Assembly (NCBI GenBank): GCA_934090795.1
Contig: CAKOJQ010000006.1
Span: 7,927-71,926, forward strand
DNA length: 64,000 bases
Direction: 5' to 3'
DNA from: an uncultured Bacilli bacterium
Lineage (GTDB): Bacteria > Bacillota_I > Bacilli_A > RF39 > UBA660
A model generated the notes under the pieces. That model was not told where the DNA came from. It was given only the letters and a program-made list of their open reading frames with translations, and did not search any database. Each line of letters starts with the position of its first letter. The stretch's first letter is position 1. This document shows positions 63,342 to 64,000 of this stretch, piece by piece. The translations under genes were made by a program, and so were the position numbers.

Positions 63342-64000
63342 ATGACAAAAGAAAATAAAAAAACAGAACCAAAAAATATAAACCCTATCAAAAATTTTCC
63401 AGGTAAAGAACTAGATTTAACCAAATTTAATTTATTAAGTGATAAAGAACAATATGATGAAATAAAAAAGATTTTAGAAGATATTTATAAAGATAGTTTA
63501 AAAGTAAATCGTAAACATGTAATGAAAGTTATATCTTTAACCTTAACAAGCGGTGATGATTATACTTATTTACCATATAGTTTGAAAGTGTCTAAAGAAA
63601 AATTAAAATTAAAATTTGAAGTTGTTCCTAAAAAAGGTGTTGGACTTGGAATTATAATAGTCGCATTTTGGGCCTTACTATTTTCAATAGTAGGTGCAAC
63701 ATATGCCGGAGTATATTACTGGAGTATTAAAGATTTAAATAAAGATATCGATGGCGATGGAATAGCTGATATTAATATTGATATTAATGGTGATAAAAAA
63801 GCCGATATAAATATTGATACCGATAGAGATAAAAAACCAAATTTAAATATTGATTATAAAGGTAATCGTAAAGGTGTATTTAATATTGACTATGATAATG
63901 ATGGTAAACCGGATTATAATCTAATTAATGATGCAACTGATAAAAATACTGTATGTAAAATAAATTGTGATACCAATGGCGATGGATGGCCAGACTTAAA
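63342..64000 (+). CDS. Membrane protein with extracytoplasmic D-x-D-x-D-G (calcium-binding-type) repeats; 3' end beyond the window
   Basis: Not in the ORF track (runs off the edge). SD AGGAGG, 5 nt, ATG 63342. MTKENKKTEPKNINP..., TM helix GLGIIIVAFWALLFSIVGATYAGVYYW, then DIDGDGIADINIDINGDKKADINIDTDRDKKPNLNIDYKGNRKGVFNIDYDNDGKPDYNL...CDTNGDGWPDL. Confidence 0.65.
   Translation, partial: MTKENKKTEPKNINPIKNFPGKELDLTKFNLLSDKEQYDEIKKILEDIYKDSLKVNRKHVMKVISLTLTSGDDYTYLPYSLKVSKEKLKLKFEVVPKKGVGLGIIIVAFWALLFSIVGATYAGVYYWSIKDLNKDIDGDGIADINIDINGDKKADINIDTDRDKKPNLNIDYKGNRKGVFNIDYDNDGKPDYNLINDATDKNTVCKINCDTNGDGWPDL

Overview
This is a very AT-rich, standard-code chromosomal segment. TGA is used as a stop and Trp is TGG. 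Hand counts of ordinary 60-nt lines give about 20-30% G+C. It comes from an endospore-forming, low-GC Firmicute. A partial GerA germinant-receptor gene sits at the left edge, and the Bacillus-like syntenies gpsB-rnpB and rodZ-like/pgsA/recA/.../rny are present. An N-domain-less clpB under a CIRCE operator hints at the Erysipelotrichia/Mollicutes-related lineage, but that is inference only.

Most of the window is housekeeping:
- two divergent tRNA clusters (11 tRNAs) plus tRNA-Arg and a second tRNA-Gln
- xfp, rpsO-pnp, and infC-rpmI-rplT with an L20-type attenuator leader
- a Leu T-box upstream of leuS
- RNase P RNA, recA, metG, rny, rpmB (missing from the ORF track), dnaE and clpB
- cell-envelope genes: an M23 peptidase, a GT4 glycosyltransferase, an LtaS-like synthase, an amidase, an acyltransferase-3, and an NVQTG-sorted surface protein

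I saw no CRISPR array, transposase, integrase or rRNA.

Accessory or unusual content:
1. The 3'-terminal four-gene operon (59.5-64.0 kb) is built around a membrane-anchored McrB-like AAA+ NTPase. No nuclease partner is recognisable. This is my best candidate for an undescribed system.
2. An SF2 helicase carries four tandem helicase-associated-domain repeats and is translationally coupled to a small acidic ORF (39.8-42.6 kb).
3. An integrase-less block between xfp and rpsO holds XRE-dinD, an operator-controlled Y-family polymerase/YolD pair, and four unknown genes (14.7-21.4 kb).
4. Two diverged surface-protein paralogues share a conserved promoter cassette with a G6/G7 tract inside the promoter spacer. 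These are candidate phase-variable promoters.
5. A 44% G+C island (37.56-37.9 kb) and two orphan promoter-to-terminator units (38.64-38.79 kb and 55.8-56.1 kb) may encode structured RNAs.

All functional calls come from reading the translations and motifs by eye. No database search was run. RNA and regulatory coordinates are approximate, within a few nt.
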